DNA of 48,487 nucleotides, from assembly GCA_046754465.1 (NCBI GenBank), contig JBHHVU010000019.1, positions 1-48,487 on the forward strand. Reading direction: 5' to 3'. The notes beneath the pieces are model-generated. The model worked only from the letters and a program-made list of their open reading frames with translations, did not search any database and was not told the DNA's origin. Of this stretch, positions 30,533-39,461 are shown piece after piece. Origin of the DNA: Nitrospinaceae bacterium (lineage in GTDB: Bacteria; Nitrospinota; Nitrospinia; Nitrospinales; VA-1). The translations under genes were made by a program, and so were the position numbers. Position 1 is the first letter of the stretch. Each line of letters begins with the position of its first letter.

Positions 30533-31351
30533 TCACGCCGTCTTTTTCCGGACCAGCAGGTTGAAAGTATTTTGCGTGCGAAGGAGCCGGGTCGCCAGGA
30601 AGGCGGGGAGTCCGTACCGCCGGGCACAATACTTTTGCATCTGGAGGATCTCCATCCCCATCCCCTCAAGAAGGGCCGTGAGCCGGTGGGGATCGATGCC
30701 TCCGAACCGCCGTTGGTAATCGGAGAGTTGGTAGTCTTCGTCGAAAAGGGGGATTTCCCTCGCCCGCATTTCCCGCTGGTAAAAAGCCTCGTCCAGCTGG
30801 GAAAGCCAACGGTGCAGGGTATATCGCAAGGGAGAGGTGATTTCCTGTTGGAGCGGTTCAAATAAGATAAGCAGTACCCCACCGGTCCGCACGCGGGCGG
30901 CTACCTTGCGGATCACCGTTTCATAATCGTACAAGTGATGGAGAAGGGCCGAAAGAACGACGGCCTCGTAATCTTCGTTGCTCCTGGCGGCGAACTCTTC
31001 CACATCGGCCACCACCAGCCGTGACCGGGCCCGGGCTTCTTCCGGAATGGAATCCTGAAGAACCCGTATCATCACATCCGACAGGTCCACCCCCGTCATG
31101 CGGTAGCCCCGCGCGAGGAATTTCAGATAAAGGTAGCCGGTCCCGCAGCCCAGGTCCAGGACGCGGGAATCGGGATTGTCCAATTGGGCGCAAACGGATT
31201 CAACCGCGTTTTCCAGGATGAGGGTCTGGAAAAAGTTGGTTTGTTCCGGATGCCGCGCGAGGTACAGGCGGTTTTCCAAAGCGTGGACCTGGCGATTGGC
31301 CTCGAGAACCTGGTGTTTTATGGATTGTGTATCCGGTGATGATGGAGGCAT
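30533..31351 (-). CDS. Class I SAM-dependent methyltransferase
   Basis: VLDLGCGTG, GVDLS..M, LLHHL.D; start placed at ATG 31351 to avoid overlap with the upstream gene. Confidence 0.85.
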   Translation of the reverse strand: MPPSSPDTQSIKHQVLEANRQVHALENRLYLARHPEQTNFFQTLILENAVESVCAQLDNPDSRVLDLGCGTGYLYLKFLARGYRMTGVDLSDVMIRVLQDSIPEEARARSRLVVADVEEFAARSNEDYEAVVLSALLHHLYDYETVIRKVAARVRTGGVLLILFEPLQQEITSPLRYTLHRWLSQLDEAFYQREMRAREIPLFDEDYQLSDYQRRFGGIDPHRLTALLEGMGMEILQMQKYCARRYGLPAFLATRLLRTQNTFNLLVRKKTA

Positions 31352-31374
31352 GGGATTTAAATAATTCAGTTTCT

Positions 31375-32238
31375 TCACGCAGTGGGTGCGCGGGCGGGTA
31401 TTTTTTCGGGATAAAAAAACCGCTTGCCGGTTTTTTGGGTTTCGCATTCGTTGCAATCGGCGCAGGTATCGGGGAAATCGCCGGTCCGGTGCCGCTCGCG
31501 GAGGCGTTCGATCTCCCGGCCCCGCCAGAGGTCCGCCACCCGGTCTGTCCAGGCGTTTCCGAGTGCCAGCGTGGCGTTGTAATCGACACAACAGGGGATC
31601 ACCGTTCCGTCCCAGAGCACCGCCAGTTTTCCGTAATCTTTTCCAAACGGCTCCGGACACACCTCCTTTCTGGGGCTGCGCACCAGTTTGGGTTGGGTGC
31701 GGACGTGGTCCACGATCGTATTCCAATGAGCGATGTAATCGTCCACGTCCTGCCAGGTATCTTCTTCCACCGTGAAGACCACACCCATGCCCAATTCCGG
31801 CCGCCGCGCTTCTTTTTTTTCCTTCAACTTGCGGATGTTCCTCTCAATTTTCTCCAGGGGGACGCCGCGGACGCGTTGGAAGGTTTCCGCCGATCCGTCG
31901 ATGGAAAACCGGATGATGCTTAGGGGACTATCCACGATTTGATCGATTATCTTGCCGGTGAGCAGTGTTCCGTTGGTGTTCATGACAATATGCCGGACGC
32001 CCGCTCCCGCGGCGTAATCGAACATCCGGAAGATGTCCGTGTGGAGCAACGGTTCGCCCCAGTTATGCATGCAAAGATGTTCCAACCCCGGCGTATCGTC
32101 GATGACTTTTTTGAACAGGTCTAAATCCATGAATCCGCCGGGCCGGGTCATCCCCTCGGTCACGAAGCAAAACGTGCAGCGGAGGTTGCAGGTGTTGGTC
32201 GGTTCAATGATGAGAGAGGTCAGGTTTTTGATTTTCAT
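31375..32238 (-). CDS. Radical SAM protein with SPASM/twitch domain
   Basis: EPTNTCNLRCTFC, WGEPLLH, NTNG, DGTVIPCCVD, C..C..C at the C-terminus. Confidence 0.9.
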   Translation of the reverse strand: MKIKNLTSLIIEPTNTCNLRCTFCFVTEGMTRPGGFMDLDLFKKVIDDTPGLEHLCMHNWGEPLLHTDIFRMFDYAAGAGVRHIVMNTNGTLLTGKIIDQIVDSPLSIIRFSIDGSAETFQRVRGVPLEKIERNIRKLKEKKEARRPELGMGVVFTVEEDTWQDVDDYIAHWNTIVDHVRTQPKLVRSPRKEVCPEPFGKDYGKLAVLWDGTVIPCCVDYNATLALGNAWTDRVADLWRGREIERLRERHRTGDFPDTCADCNECETQKTGKRFFYPEKIPARAPTA

Positions 32239-33173
32239 CCGATCATTTTCTCCACGACATAATCGGGCCGGTCCTGAATCTGCATGTGGACCCGGCCAAG
32301 GTATTCCCCGAGGAATCCGATGGAAAGAAGCTGCACCCCGGCGAAAAAGGCGAACACGGCGGAAAGGACGATGAAGCCTTCGATCAGGATGCCCCGGACG
32401 ATCCGCTGGTATAAAAGGAACAGCATCAACGCGAAGCCCATCAGGGCTCCCAGCAAGCCCATGTACGTTACCGCCCGCAGGGGAAAATTGGAATAACCGG
32501 TGATGAGGTCCCAGGTCAGTTGGACCAGGGTGAGGATCGAATACTTGGTGTGCCCCTTTTTCCGGTCATGGTGTTCCACCTGAATTTCTACGGTGGGAAC
32601 CCCCATCCAACTCATGAGAACGGCCATGTACCGAGACCGGTCCCTGCAGGAATCGACCTGCCGGATCACCTTGCGGCGCATGGCTCGGAAGGAACTGAGG
32701 TTCAACTTGAAGGCGTCGCCGAACAGGATGCGTCCAAACCAGTGCAGATACATTGACCCGGCCACCCGGAGCAACCCGTCCCGGCGTTTTCTGGGAACGG
32801 TGGTTACGAGGTCCACCTCGTCCGTGAAGGCGCCGAGGAGTTTGGGGATTTCTTCCGGCGGGTGCTGCAGGTCGGAATCGAGCTGCACCACGATATCTCC
32901 CCGGCTTTGCCGGAACCCGGCCAGAACCGCCGCCTGCTGACCGAAGTTGCGGGTGAATTTAATCACCCGCATCGTGTCATCTTCCGCTTTCAATTTCTCG
33001 AGGGTCTCGAAGGAACCATCTGTGCTGCCGTCGTCCACGAAGATCAGTTCAACGGTTTTTTCCCCCAGGGACCCACAGACTTTTTGCAATCGTTCGTGGA
33101 GTTCCGGAAGAATGGGGGCCTCGTTGTAAACGGGGATGACGATGGATAAATCCATCGCGCCGTCCTTATCCAT
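32235..33173 (-). CDS. Polyprenyl-phosphate glycosyltransferase, GT2 (ArnC/GtrB-like)
   Basis: SIVIPVYNE, VDDGSTD, RNFGQQAA, DSDLQHPPE, two C-terminal TM helices, GEYLGR. Confidence 0.92.
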   Translation of the reverse strand: MDKDGAMDLSIVIPVYNEAPILPELHERLQKVCGSLGEKTVELIFVDDGSTDGSFETLEKLKAEDDTMRVIKFTRNFGQQAAVLAGFRQSRGDIVVQLDSDLQHPPEEIPKLLGAFTDEVDLVTTVPRKRRDGLLRVAGSMYLHWFGRILFGDAFKLNLSSFRAMRRKVIRQVDSCRDRSRYMAVLMSWMGVPTVEIQVEHHDRKKGHTKYSILTLVQLTWDLITGYSNFPLRAVTYMGLLGALMGFALMLFLLYQRIVRGILIEGFIVLSAVFAFFAGVQLLSIGFLGEYLGRVHMQIQDRPDYVVEKMIG

Positions 33174-34368
33174 GGCAATTCGGTTGTGTCGCGAGCTCTT
33201 TCCGGGGGATGGGTTTCAAGACCTGGATGCCTTTCTGGACCCGGACCGTTTGTTTGGTATCCTGTTGGGGACCGATGTATTCCGATTGGCAGCATCCCAG
33301 GCAGCCGGGAAAAATTTTTTCCTTTTTCACCCGTTTCCTGAATTCCCGTGCCCGCTCCGAACGCCAGGGAATCCGCCCCGTTTCCGGGTCCACGCTCCCC
33401 AGCCGGTAATGCGGGCAGCTGAACACATCCCCATACGCCGAGACCGCCACCTTGGTCCAGCCCACGTAACAGCGGTAATTCTGGTAAGAACTTTCGTTGG
33501 AATAATAGCGGATGATCTCTTCGAGGGTGATGTGATTGGGGGAAAACCTCAGTTTGGTGGAGTACCGCCGGCTTTTGCTCACCAGACTGGTAAGTTGTTC
33601 CCGTAAAATCCCCGGGGAGATTTCTTCCACCGGGGGAGCGGGTATTTTCAAATGCTGATCCTGATCGTAATTTTTTCCATGCCAATAGGTGGCGGGATTG
33701 TTCATTACGAAATTGCAGATGTTGACCCCCAACCGGTCGGCGTAATCGTACAGGGAAGAGAGAGACATCGCATTGGCCCGTTTGATCACACAGGTGAGAT
33801 GAACCAGGGGATACCGGCTGCCCAGTTCCCGGCGCCGCCGAAGGAGCCGTTCCAGGCCGCGCGTGGTTTTGCGGAAGGATCCGGGAATCGTCGTGATACG
33901 GTCGTGCAAGGCTTCCTCACCTTCCAGCGACACCCCGATATAAAGCAGTCCGGACCCGAACAGGGACCGGAGCCTCCACCGCAGGAGGTGCTCCACCACT
34001 TGTTCGGTGAGCAGAGTGCCGTTGGTGATGATATGAACTTTATGGCCGGAGGCGGCGAATTCCAGGATTTCCCGGAAATCGTTCTTCATGAGCGCCTCCC
34101 CCCCGGTGAACGTGATGAGGGTATGGCGGGGCAGCCGGGAAATCACTTTCTGGACGTCTTCCGCCTTCATCTCCTGTTTGTATTTCTTATGGGTCTCGGT
34201 ATCCTCGATGATTTCAAGAAAATGGCACATGTCGCAACGCAGGTTACACCGGTACGTCACTTCAAAAAACGCGTGCGCCGGGGGGAGCGCGGATTCGGGG
34301 CGCAGATAATACGGGAGGAACGAATAGACCCGCGGTAAAATTTTCTGCAAAAACTTAAAATCCAGCAT
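33166..34368 (-). CDS. Radical SAM protein with SPASM/twitch domain
   Basis: EVTYRCNLRCDMC, TGGEAL, ITNGTLL, C-terminal CYVGW...GDVFSCP...CLGCC. Confidence 0.9.
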   Translation of the reverse strand: MLDFKFLQKILPRVYSFLPYYLRPESALPPAHAFFEVTYRCNLRCDMCHFLEIIEDTETHKKYKQEMKAEDVQKVISRLPRHTLITFTGGEALMKNDFREILEFAASGHKVHIITNGTLLTEQVVEHLLRWRLRSLFGSGLLYIGVSLEGEEALHDRITTIPGSFRKTTRGLERLLRRRRELGSRYPLVHLTCVIKRANAMSLSSLYDYADRLGVNICNFVMNNPATYWHGKNYDQDQHLKIPAPPVEEISPGILREQLTSLVSKSRRYSTKLRFSPNHITLEEIIRYYSNESSYQNYRCYVGWTKVAVSAYGDVFSCPHYRLGSVDPETGRIPWRSERAREFRKRVKKEKIFPGCLGCCQSEYIGPQQDTKQTVRVQKGIQVLKPIPRKELATQPNCHG

Positions 34369-34386
34369 GATGGTTCCCGCCTCGCA

Positions 34387-35133
34387 TCAACCCGCCCGCG
34401 CCGGGCAAGCTCCGTTTTCCCGATAGGGCTGCCTCAAAATCCCAAGACTTTGTTCCCCCATGTTGAACAACAGGTCGATGACCGAAAGGTAGGGGACAAA
34501 TCCGGGAAACCGCTGGGCATACACCGGGTGCCGGTAATTCTGAAATTCCACCACGACGCCGTTATTCGAAAATTCCCCGGGGGAGATGTAATTTTTTCCC
34601 GCATCCCCGCTCAGATAATGAGTGGCCCCAATTTTTCGGCATAGCCACAGAATCTTTTCCGCCTTGGCCGACTCCGCCGGCATTGCGGACGATATCAGGG
34701 TGGGCGTCGAAATTCCCAACACCTCTTTCAGCCAGCCCGTGGTTTCCAGGCAAAGGTCCACCAGAAAATCCCAGTCTTTATTATATATTTTATTCAAATA
34801 AGGGAAATATAAATCGAAAAAGGGACAGCGGCCGTAACTGGCGCGGAGGGTTTCCAGGTGTTTCCGCTGCCAGGGCAGGGAAGGATCGATCCGCGTTTCT
34901 TTCAAGGATTGCCGGTAACGGTGTTTCTGGATCACCGGAACCGTCATCCATGCCCATCCCTCACGGGTGCGCACCTTGTTTCGATTGCGCCAGTCCCGGC
35001 GGGTGAACTGCACGTCGTCCAGAAAGATAAACGTGTCGGCCCGGTCCATTTGATCGAAGTAACCGAGCCAGGGGAGATAGGAAGGTTGCAGGATAGCCAC
35101 GCGCAAAGCCGGAGACCCGCCGCCGACGGGCAT
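34387..35133 (-). CDS. WbqC-like protein (putative glycine/acyl transfer to sugar)
   Basis: QPSYLPWLGYF, LDDVQF...WRNRN, YLSG..G, LSVIDLLFN; TGATG coupling with the upstream gene. Confidence 0.88.
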   Translation of the reverse strand: MPVGGGSPALRVAILQPSYLPWLGYFDQMDRADTFIFLDDVQFTRRDWRNRNKVRTREGWAWMTVPVIQKHRYRQSLKETRIDPSLPWQRKHLETLRASYGRCPFFDLYFPYLNKIYNKDWDFLVDLCLETTGWLKEVLGISTPTLISSAMPAESAKAEKILWLCRKIGATHYLSGDAGKNYISPGEFSNNGVVVEFQNYRHPVYAQRFPGFVPYLSVIDLLFNMGEQSLGILRQPYRENGACPARAG

Positions 35134-36143
35134 CAATTTGGGCTCCAGAGTTTTTTCATCCAAAGAAACTTCTCCCACCATTGCGGGTTTTGCCGGTAAA
35201 ATTCCACGGTGCGGGCCAATCCCTCGTCCAGCGATACCGCCGTTTCCCAGTCCAGGAGCCTTTTGGCTTTTTTCGCGCAGGCGATATGTCGGGTCACCTG
35301 GCCCGGCCGATCCGTTATATGCTCGATCAAACTTTCCGGCTTGTCCAGAATTTTCAAAACCTTCTTGGCGATGTGAATCACCCGGGTATCGACGCCCGAC
35401 CCCAGGTTGATCGTTTCCCCCACAATTCCGTCGCGGCCGGCGTGCAGCACCCGGCACAGAGCCCGGCAGGTGTCTTCCACGTACATCCAGTCCCGGGAAC
35501 TTTCCCCGTTACCGTGGATGGTGACCGGCTGATCCTGAAGGGCACTCACGATAAAATTGGGGATGGCTTTTTCCAGGTGTTGGCAGGGACCGTAATTGTT
35601 GAACGGACGGACAATGACCGCGGGCATTCCATAGGTCTTCATATAGGAATAGACCAGGCGGTCCGCACCCGCCTTCGCCGCCGCGTAAGGACTCATGGGG
35701 TTCAGCGGGTGGTCCTCGTTCATCGGACTGTTGAGCGCCGTCCCGTACACCTCCGAGGACGAGATATGGATGAACAGCTCCACCCCATGGTTGACGGCGG
35801 CGTTGGCGACCACCTGCGTCCCTATGACATCCGTTTCAAAAAACAGGCCGTTGTCGTAGATCGAACGGGTGACGTGGGATTCCGCCGCGAAGTGGATGAC
35901 GATGTCGCTTTGCGATACGAGGGTATTGACAATATCCGGATGCGTGATGTTGCCGTGATGAAACCGGAAATGGCCGTTTCCTTTCAGTGCGTTGGAAATA
36001 TTGTCCAGGTTCCCGGCGTAGGTCAGCGCGTCCAGCAGAAGAATTTTGTATTCCGGGTGGTGCCGGTGGAGGTAGTTGATGAAGTTGCTTCCGATGAATC
36101 CGGCGCCGCCGGTCACAAGTAATGTCTTACTGTATAAACTCAT
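35133..36143 (-). CDS. rfbB: dTDP-glucose 4,6-dehydratase-like NDP-sugar dehydratase
   Basis: LVTGGAGFIGSNF, DALTYAGN, HFAAESHV.RS, SS.EVYG, SPYAAAK, RDWMYVED. Confidence 0.85.
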   Translation of the reverse strand: MSLYSKTLLVTGGAGFIGSNFINYLHRHHPEYKILLLDALTYAGNLDNISNALKGNGHFRFHHGNITHPDIVNTLVSQSDIVIHFAAESHVTRSIYDNGLFFETDVIGTQVVANAAVNHGVELFIHISSSEVYGTALNSPMNEDHPLNPMSPYAAAKAGADRLVYSYMKTYGMPAVIVRPFNNYGPCQHLEKAIPNFIVSALQDQPVTIHGNGESSRDWMYVEDTCRALCRVLHAGRDGIVGETINLGSGVDTRVIHIAKKVLKILDKPESLIEHITDRPGQVTRHIACAKKAKRLLDWETAVSLDEGLARTVEFYRQNPQWWEKFLWMKKLWSPN

Positions 36144-36217
36144 GGGCTTTCCAGAAAAGTGAGCTATAGGGAAAATCCGCCATAACATCTTTTCGGAATT
36201 TGGGAAATTTTCCTTTA

Positions 36218-36318
36218 GCCCCCCCCACGGGGGGAGGGAGATGGGTCAGGTCTTTAACGGCTGTCAAACCCGGTCCGGCATATAACGCAAGACAAAACCC
36301 CCAGCGGCGGTTCGCCAC
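36218..36318 (-). repeat. Dispersed ~100-bp repeat, copy 3
   Basis: Minus strand: GGCG-AAC-CGCCGC, TGTCTTGCGTTATATGCCGGACC, GACCCATCTCCCTCCCCCC. Confidence 0.9.
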
Positions 36319-36334
36319 CCCGCAATACGGGGAG

Positions 36335-36447
36335 GGGGGGAGTGCCTCCGCGTGCAACTTGACATACGTTATATGCCGGACCTTGATCGATACGTGATTT
36401 AGATCGACCCATTTCCCACCGGTCGTGGCCCGGCGGAGGCACTCCAC
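36335..36447 (+). repeat. Dispersed ~100-bp repeat, copy 4, followed by an extra inverted hairpin module
   Basis: GGAG-TGC-CTCCGC, TGACATACGTTATATGCCGGACC, GACCCATTTCCCACCGG, then CGGAGGCACTCC. Confidence 0.9.
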
Positions 36448-36601
36448 CGATGGACCGAAACCCCCATGAATGTTGACATTTTTGTGACTTTAACTTGACT
36501 CTTCCGTGATACCGGTGACGTATACTCGGCCATGTAGTTTGGTGAGAGCAAAATTCATCGAACCTTTGGTGATTCGGTTAACCTTAAACTGGAAAAATAT
36601 C

Positions 36602-37012
36602 ATGGAGAGCGGCAACGAATCGAAAAGAAAATTGATTGAGTTTTTATGGGTAGAAATCAACCGGGCCATTATCAATTCACCGGAGGTCCAGTCTTCAATC
36701 AAAACCCTTCAGGATTTGGATCTGATTGACCATGTGACCGATTACAATCTGATGCTCGATATTAACGCGCTGATCGAACTAATTCAAAGAGAGAAGGGGA
36801 ACCCCTCCCACCCAGCCATTCAGGTGGAAAAAGATGCCTCACCGCCGGAGAAATCCGCGCAAAATAGTTCCGACGAGGCCAATACGGAACCCCTCGCTGC
36901 CGTTGACGGGAAAAAACTGACCCAGAACGAAATCCTGTTCCAGCAACATTTGGAAAAGAACTTCGATGAAGCGAAATGGATGAAGAAAGTAGGCATCCGT
37001 TATCCCAATTAA
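36602..37012 (+). CDS. Hypothetical protein
   Basis: ORF MESGNESKRKLIEFLWVEINRAI...FDEAKWMKKVGIRYPN with natural composition, filling the gap between two repeat clusters. Confidence 0.7.
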   Translation: MESGNESKRKLIEFLWVEINRAIINSPEVQSSIKTLQDLDLIDHVTDYNLMLDINALIELIQREKGNPSHPAIQVEKDASPPEKSAQNSSDEANTEPLAAVDGKKLTQNEILFQQHLEKNFDEAKWMKKVGIRYPN

Positions 37013-37055
37013 TCGCAATTCTCCCCCTTTTCCAGGTAAACCCTTGAATCCTGGT

Positions 37056-37180
37056 CCCCCCCCACGGGGGCGGAGTGGCGAACCGCCGGCGAAGTGCCTC
37101 CTCACGCAATTTGTCACACCATATATGCTTGACAAAGGTTGACTGGCGATGATGCATGGGCCCATCTCCCACCGGCTATG
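37056..37180 (+). repeat. Dispersed ~100-bp repeat, copy 5, preceded by extra tail and hairpin modules
   Basis: CCCCCCCCACGGGGG, GGCGAACCGCC, GAAGTGCCTCC, TGTCACACCATATATGCTTGACA, TGGCGATGATGC, GCCCATCTCCCACCGG. Confidence 0.85.
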
Positions 37181-37280
37181 GGCCGAGTACCTCGGCAGGT
37201 AATTTGACATGCGTTATATGCTTGACCAGGGTCGATAGCCGATCGAGCTTTGACCTATCCCCTTCTCGCGTGGCGGGGCG
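37181..37280 (+). repeat. Dispersed ~100-bp repeat, copy 6 (tandem with copy 5)
   Basis: GCCGAG-TAC-CTCGGC hairpin, TGACATGCGTTATATGCTTGACC, GACCTATCCCC. Confidence 0.9.
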
Positions 37281-37406
37281 GAGCAATATTCCCTCGGTGC
37301 GGGAACAATTTGCCCCCGGTCCCGGCGCCGGCAATTCCCCGGCAAGGAACGTCCCCACAACCCCTTATTTTATAACGCCGTAATCCGTCCGAAACCCCTC
37401 CTCCCT

Positions 37407-37423
37407 TTGGCACATTCCTTGCT
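37407..37423 (+). promoter_or_regulatory. Sigma-54 (-24/-12) promoter upstream of tpsB-tpsA
   Basis: TTGGCAC-ATTCC-TTGCT, exact GG-N10-GC spacing. Confidence 0.75.
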
Positions 37424-37711
37424 CCCGGTTTTCCCTAAATAAGCGCTAAAGCTTTTGGACTTAATAGCTTACTGACTCAAGAGAGTTTTTCGCGCAACCG
37501 TTAAGGAATTGAACCGAAAAAGAACCATCCCGGCTTCATTCCCGGAAAAAGAAAATTCATTCGAAGCTGATGCAAGGGAAATTAAAACGGTTGCCGAAAC
37601 TCGACCATCCTTTGATCCGCCATCCTTTAGGACCGGTTTTATCGAGGGTTGCCGGCCGATACGGGGAAGCCCTCAACTCGAAGCGGTTAAGACCGATAAG
37701 AAAATAGTCAA

Positions 37712-39454
37712 GTGATTGAAAATATTGAGGCTTCAAAAAGCCGAAACCCTTACTTCAGCCCGGCGTTTCCTGTCGTATTGGTTGTGTTTTGGCTTTTCGG
37801 TACGCTGGCGGAGTCGGATGCCCAGATCAATCCGCAAGGCCGTGACCGCACCTTCAAGCAGGCGGCACCCGACCGGTTTGAAAAAAGATTCGCCGTGCCA
37901 CCGCCACCGAAATCCACCGTGGTGCCTGTCAAACCAGAGACCTTGAAACCCATGTTCCCAGCGGAATTGAGAAATATCAAATTTAAACTGAAAAAACTGG
38001 TGATCCAGGGCTCGACTGTTTACCCGAAAAACCGGTTCCGGCACCTGTACCGAAATTTCATCGGCAAGCAGGTCAACCTGGAGCATATCTACCGGATCGC
38101 CCATGCCGTCACCCGCAAGTACCGGAACGATGGATACATTCTGAGCCAGGCGGTGGTCCCCCCCCAAAAAATCGATGAAGGGATTGTGCGTCTCAGGATC
38201 ATCGAGGGCTTCGTCGACAAGGTTCGGGTTCAGGGCCAAGTGCGCGGACCCAAAAGGCTCCTGAACGCTTATCGGAAAAGGCTGCTGCGGTCGCGTCCCC
38301 TGCATGCCAGGGATCTGGAACGGTACCTGCTGTTGATCGACGACCTTCCCGGCGTGTCGGTGAAATCCGTCCTCACTCCCTCCGAGGACCGGAAGGGCGC
38401 GTCCCACCTCACGCTAATTCTGCAAAACAAGGCTTACGACGCGCACGTGGGGGTGGACAACCGGGGCACGAAATTCAACGGTCCTTACCAGTTTTTCGGT
38501 GGGGCCGGTGAAAATTCCCTTTTGGGATTTTATGAGCGCTTCGGCATTCAGGGGGTGGTCACCAGCAATCCCGACGAACTGCTGTTCTTCAACGCTTTTT
38601 ATGACCTCCCCGTATCCGCGGAAGGCACCCGGCTGCTTTTTTCCGGATCGATCAGCCGTTCCCAGCCGGGGTCCAGCCTGGAAGTGTTCAACGTCGAGGG
38701 AGACAGCCACACCTTTTCCATCGTGGGAACGCATCCCTTCATCCGTTCACGCGGAGAAAATTTGAGAGGCCACCTGGGGTACACCCATCGCAACACGCAA
38801 ACCGATATCCTTGGGACCCTGGACTCGGAGGACCGGTTGCGCGTCATCGACCTGGGAATGACCTATGACTTCGCCGACAGGTTCCGCGGAGTGAATCTAG
38901 CGAGTTTCCGGATCAGCCAGGGACTCAATTTTTTTGACGCCACCGAAACGGGATCGCTGAATCTGTCCCGCTCCCAGGGACGCAGCGATTTCACCAAGGT
39001 TTCCGGTGAGTTCCTGCGTCTCCAGCAACTGGCGCCCGCGTGGATGTTGCTGGGCTCCGCCGTCTGGCAGTATTCCTTCGACAAGCTTTTGGCCTCGGAG
39101 GAATTCGGGGTCGGGGGCTCTGTCTATGGCCGGGCTTTCGACGCTTCGGAAATCACCGGCGACCAGGGGGTGGCTTTCAAGCTGGAACTGCAACGGGCGT
39201 TCCAGATCAAAAAAAAGTTCCTCAAGAGCCTTCAGGCTTATACGTTCTTTGATTTCGGCTCGGTCTGGAACCGGGTCCCCACCTTCACGGGAGCCCGGCA
39301 GCAGGACCTCACTTCGGCGGGTGCCGGCGTCAGGTTCAATTTGACCGACGCAATTTCGGGATACGTGGAAATCGACAAACCGCTGAACCGGGATGTTTCC
39401 TCGCAGGGGAACCGGGACGCCCGGGTGTTTTTCAGTTTGACCGCGAGACATTAA
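37712..39454 (+). CDS. TpsB (ShlB/FhaC/HecB) two-partner secretion transporter
   Basis: Signal-like hydrophobic segment; POTRA YR.DGYILSQAVVPPQ, LERYLLL..DLPG; VDNRG; EEFGVGG...GRAF; terminal beta-strand VFFSLTARH. Confidence 0.95.
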   Translation: MIENIEASKSRNPYFSPAFPVVLVVFWLFGTLAESDAQINPQGRDRTFKQAAPDRFEKRFAVPPPPKSTVVPVKPETLKPMFPAELRNIKFKLKKLVIQGSTVYPKNRFRHLYRNFIGKQVNLEHIYRIAHAVTRKYRNDGYILSQAVVPPQKIDEGIVRLRIIEGFVDKVRVQGQVRGPKRLLNAYRKRLLRSRPLHARDLERYLLLIDDLPGVSVKSVLTPSEDRKGASHLTLILQNKAYDAHVGVDNRGTKFNGPYQFFGGAGENSLLGFYERFGIQGVVTSNPDELLFFNAFYDLPVSAEGTRLLFSGSISRSQPGSSLEVFNVEGDSHTFSIVGTHPFIRSRGENLRGHLGYTHRNTQTDILGTLDSEDRLRVIDLGMTYDFADRFRGVNLASFRISQGLNFFDATETGSLNLSRSQGRSDFTKVSGEFLRLQQLAPAWMLLGSAVWQYSFDKLLASEEFGVGGSVYGRAFDASEITGDQGVAFKLELQRAFQIKKKFLKSLQAYTFFDFGSVWNRVPTFTGARQQDLTSAGAGVRFNLTDAISGYVEIDKPLNRDVSSQGNRDARVFFSLTARH

Positions 39455-39461
39455 GGAATTC

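Noticed and set aside
30533..31726. Full 397-aa ORF call for the methyltransferase
   Set aside because: The N-terminal extension overlaps the upstream radical SAM gene in another frame; start trimmed to 31351. The same logic was applied to WbqC (34387-35457)
36218..37280. Repeat clusters as a CRISPR array
   Set aside because: Copies are divergent, dispersed and in both orientations, with no regular repeat-spacer period and no cas genes
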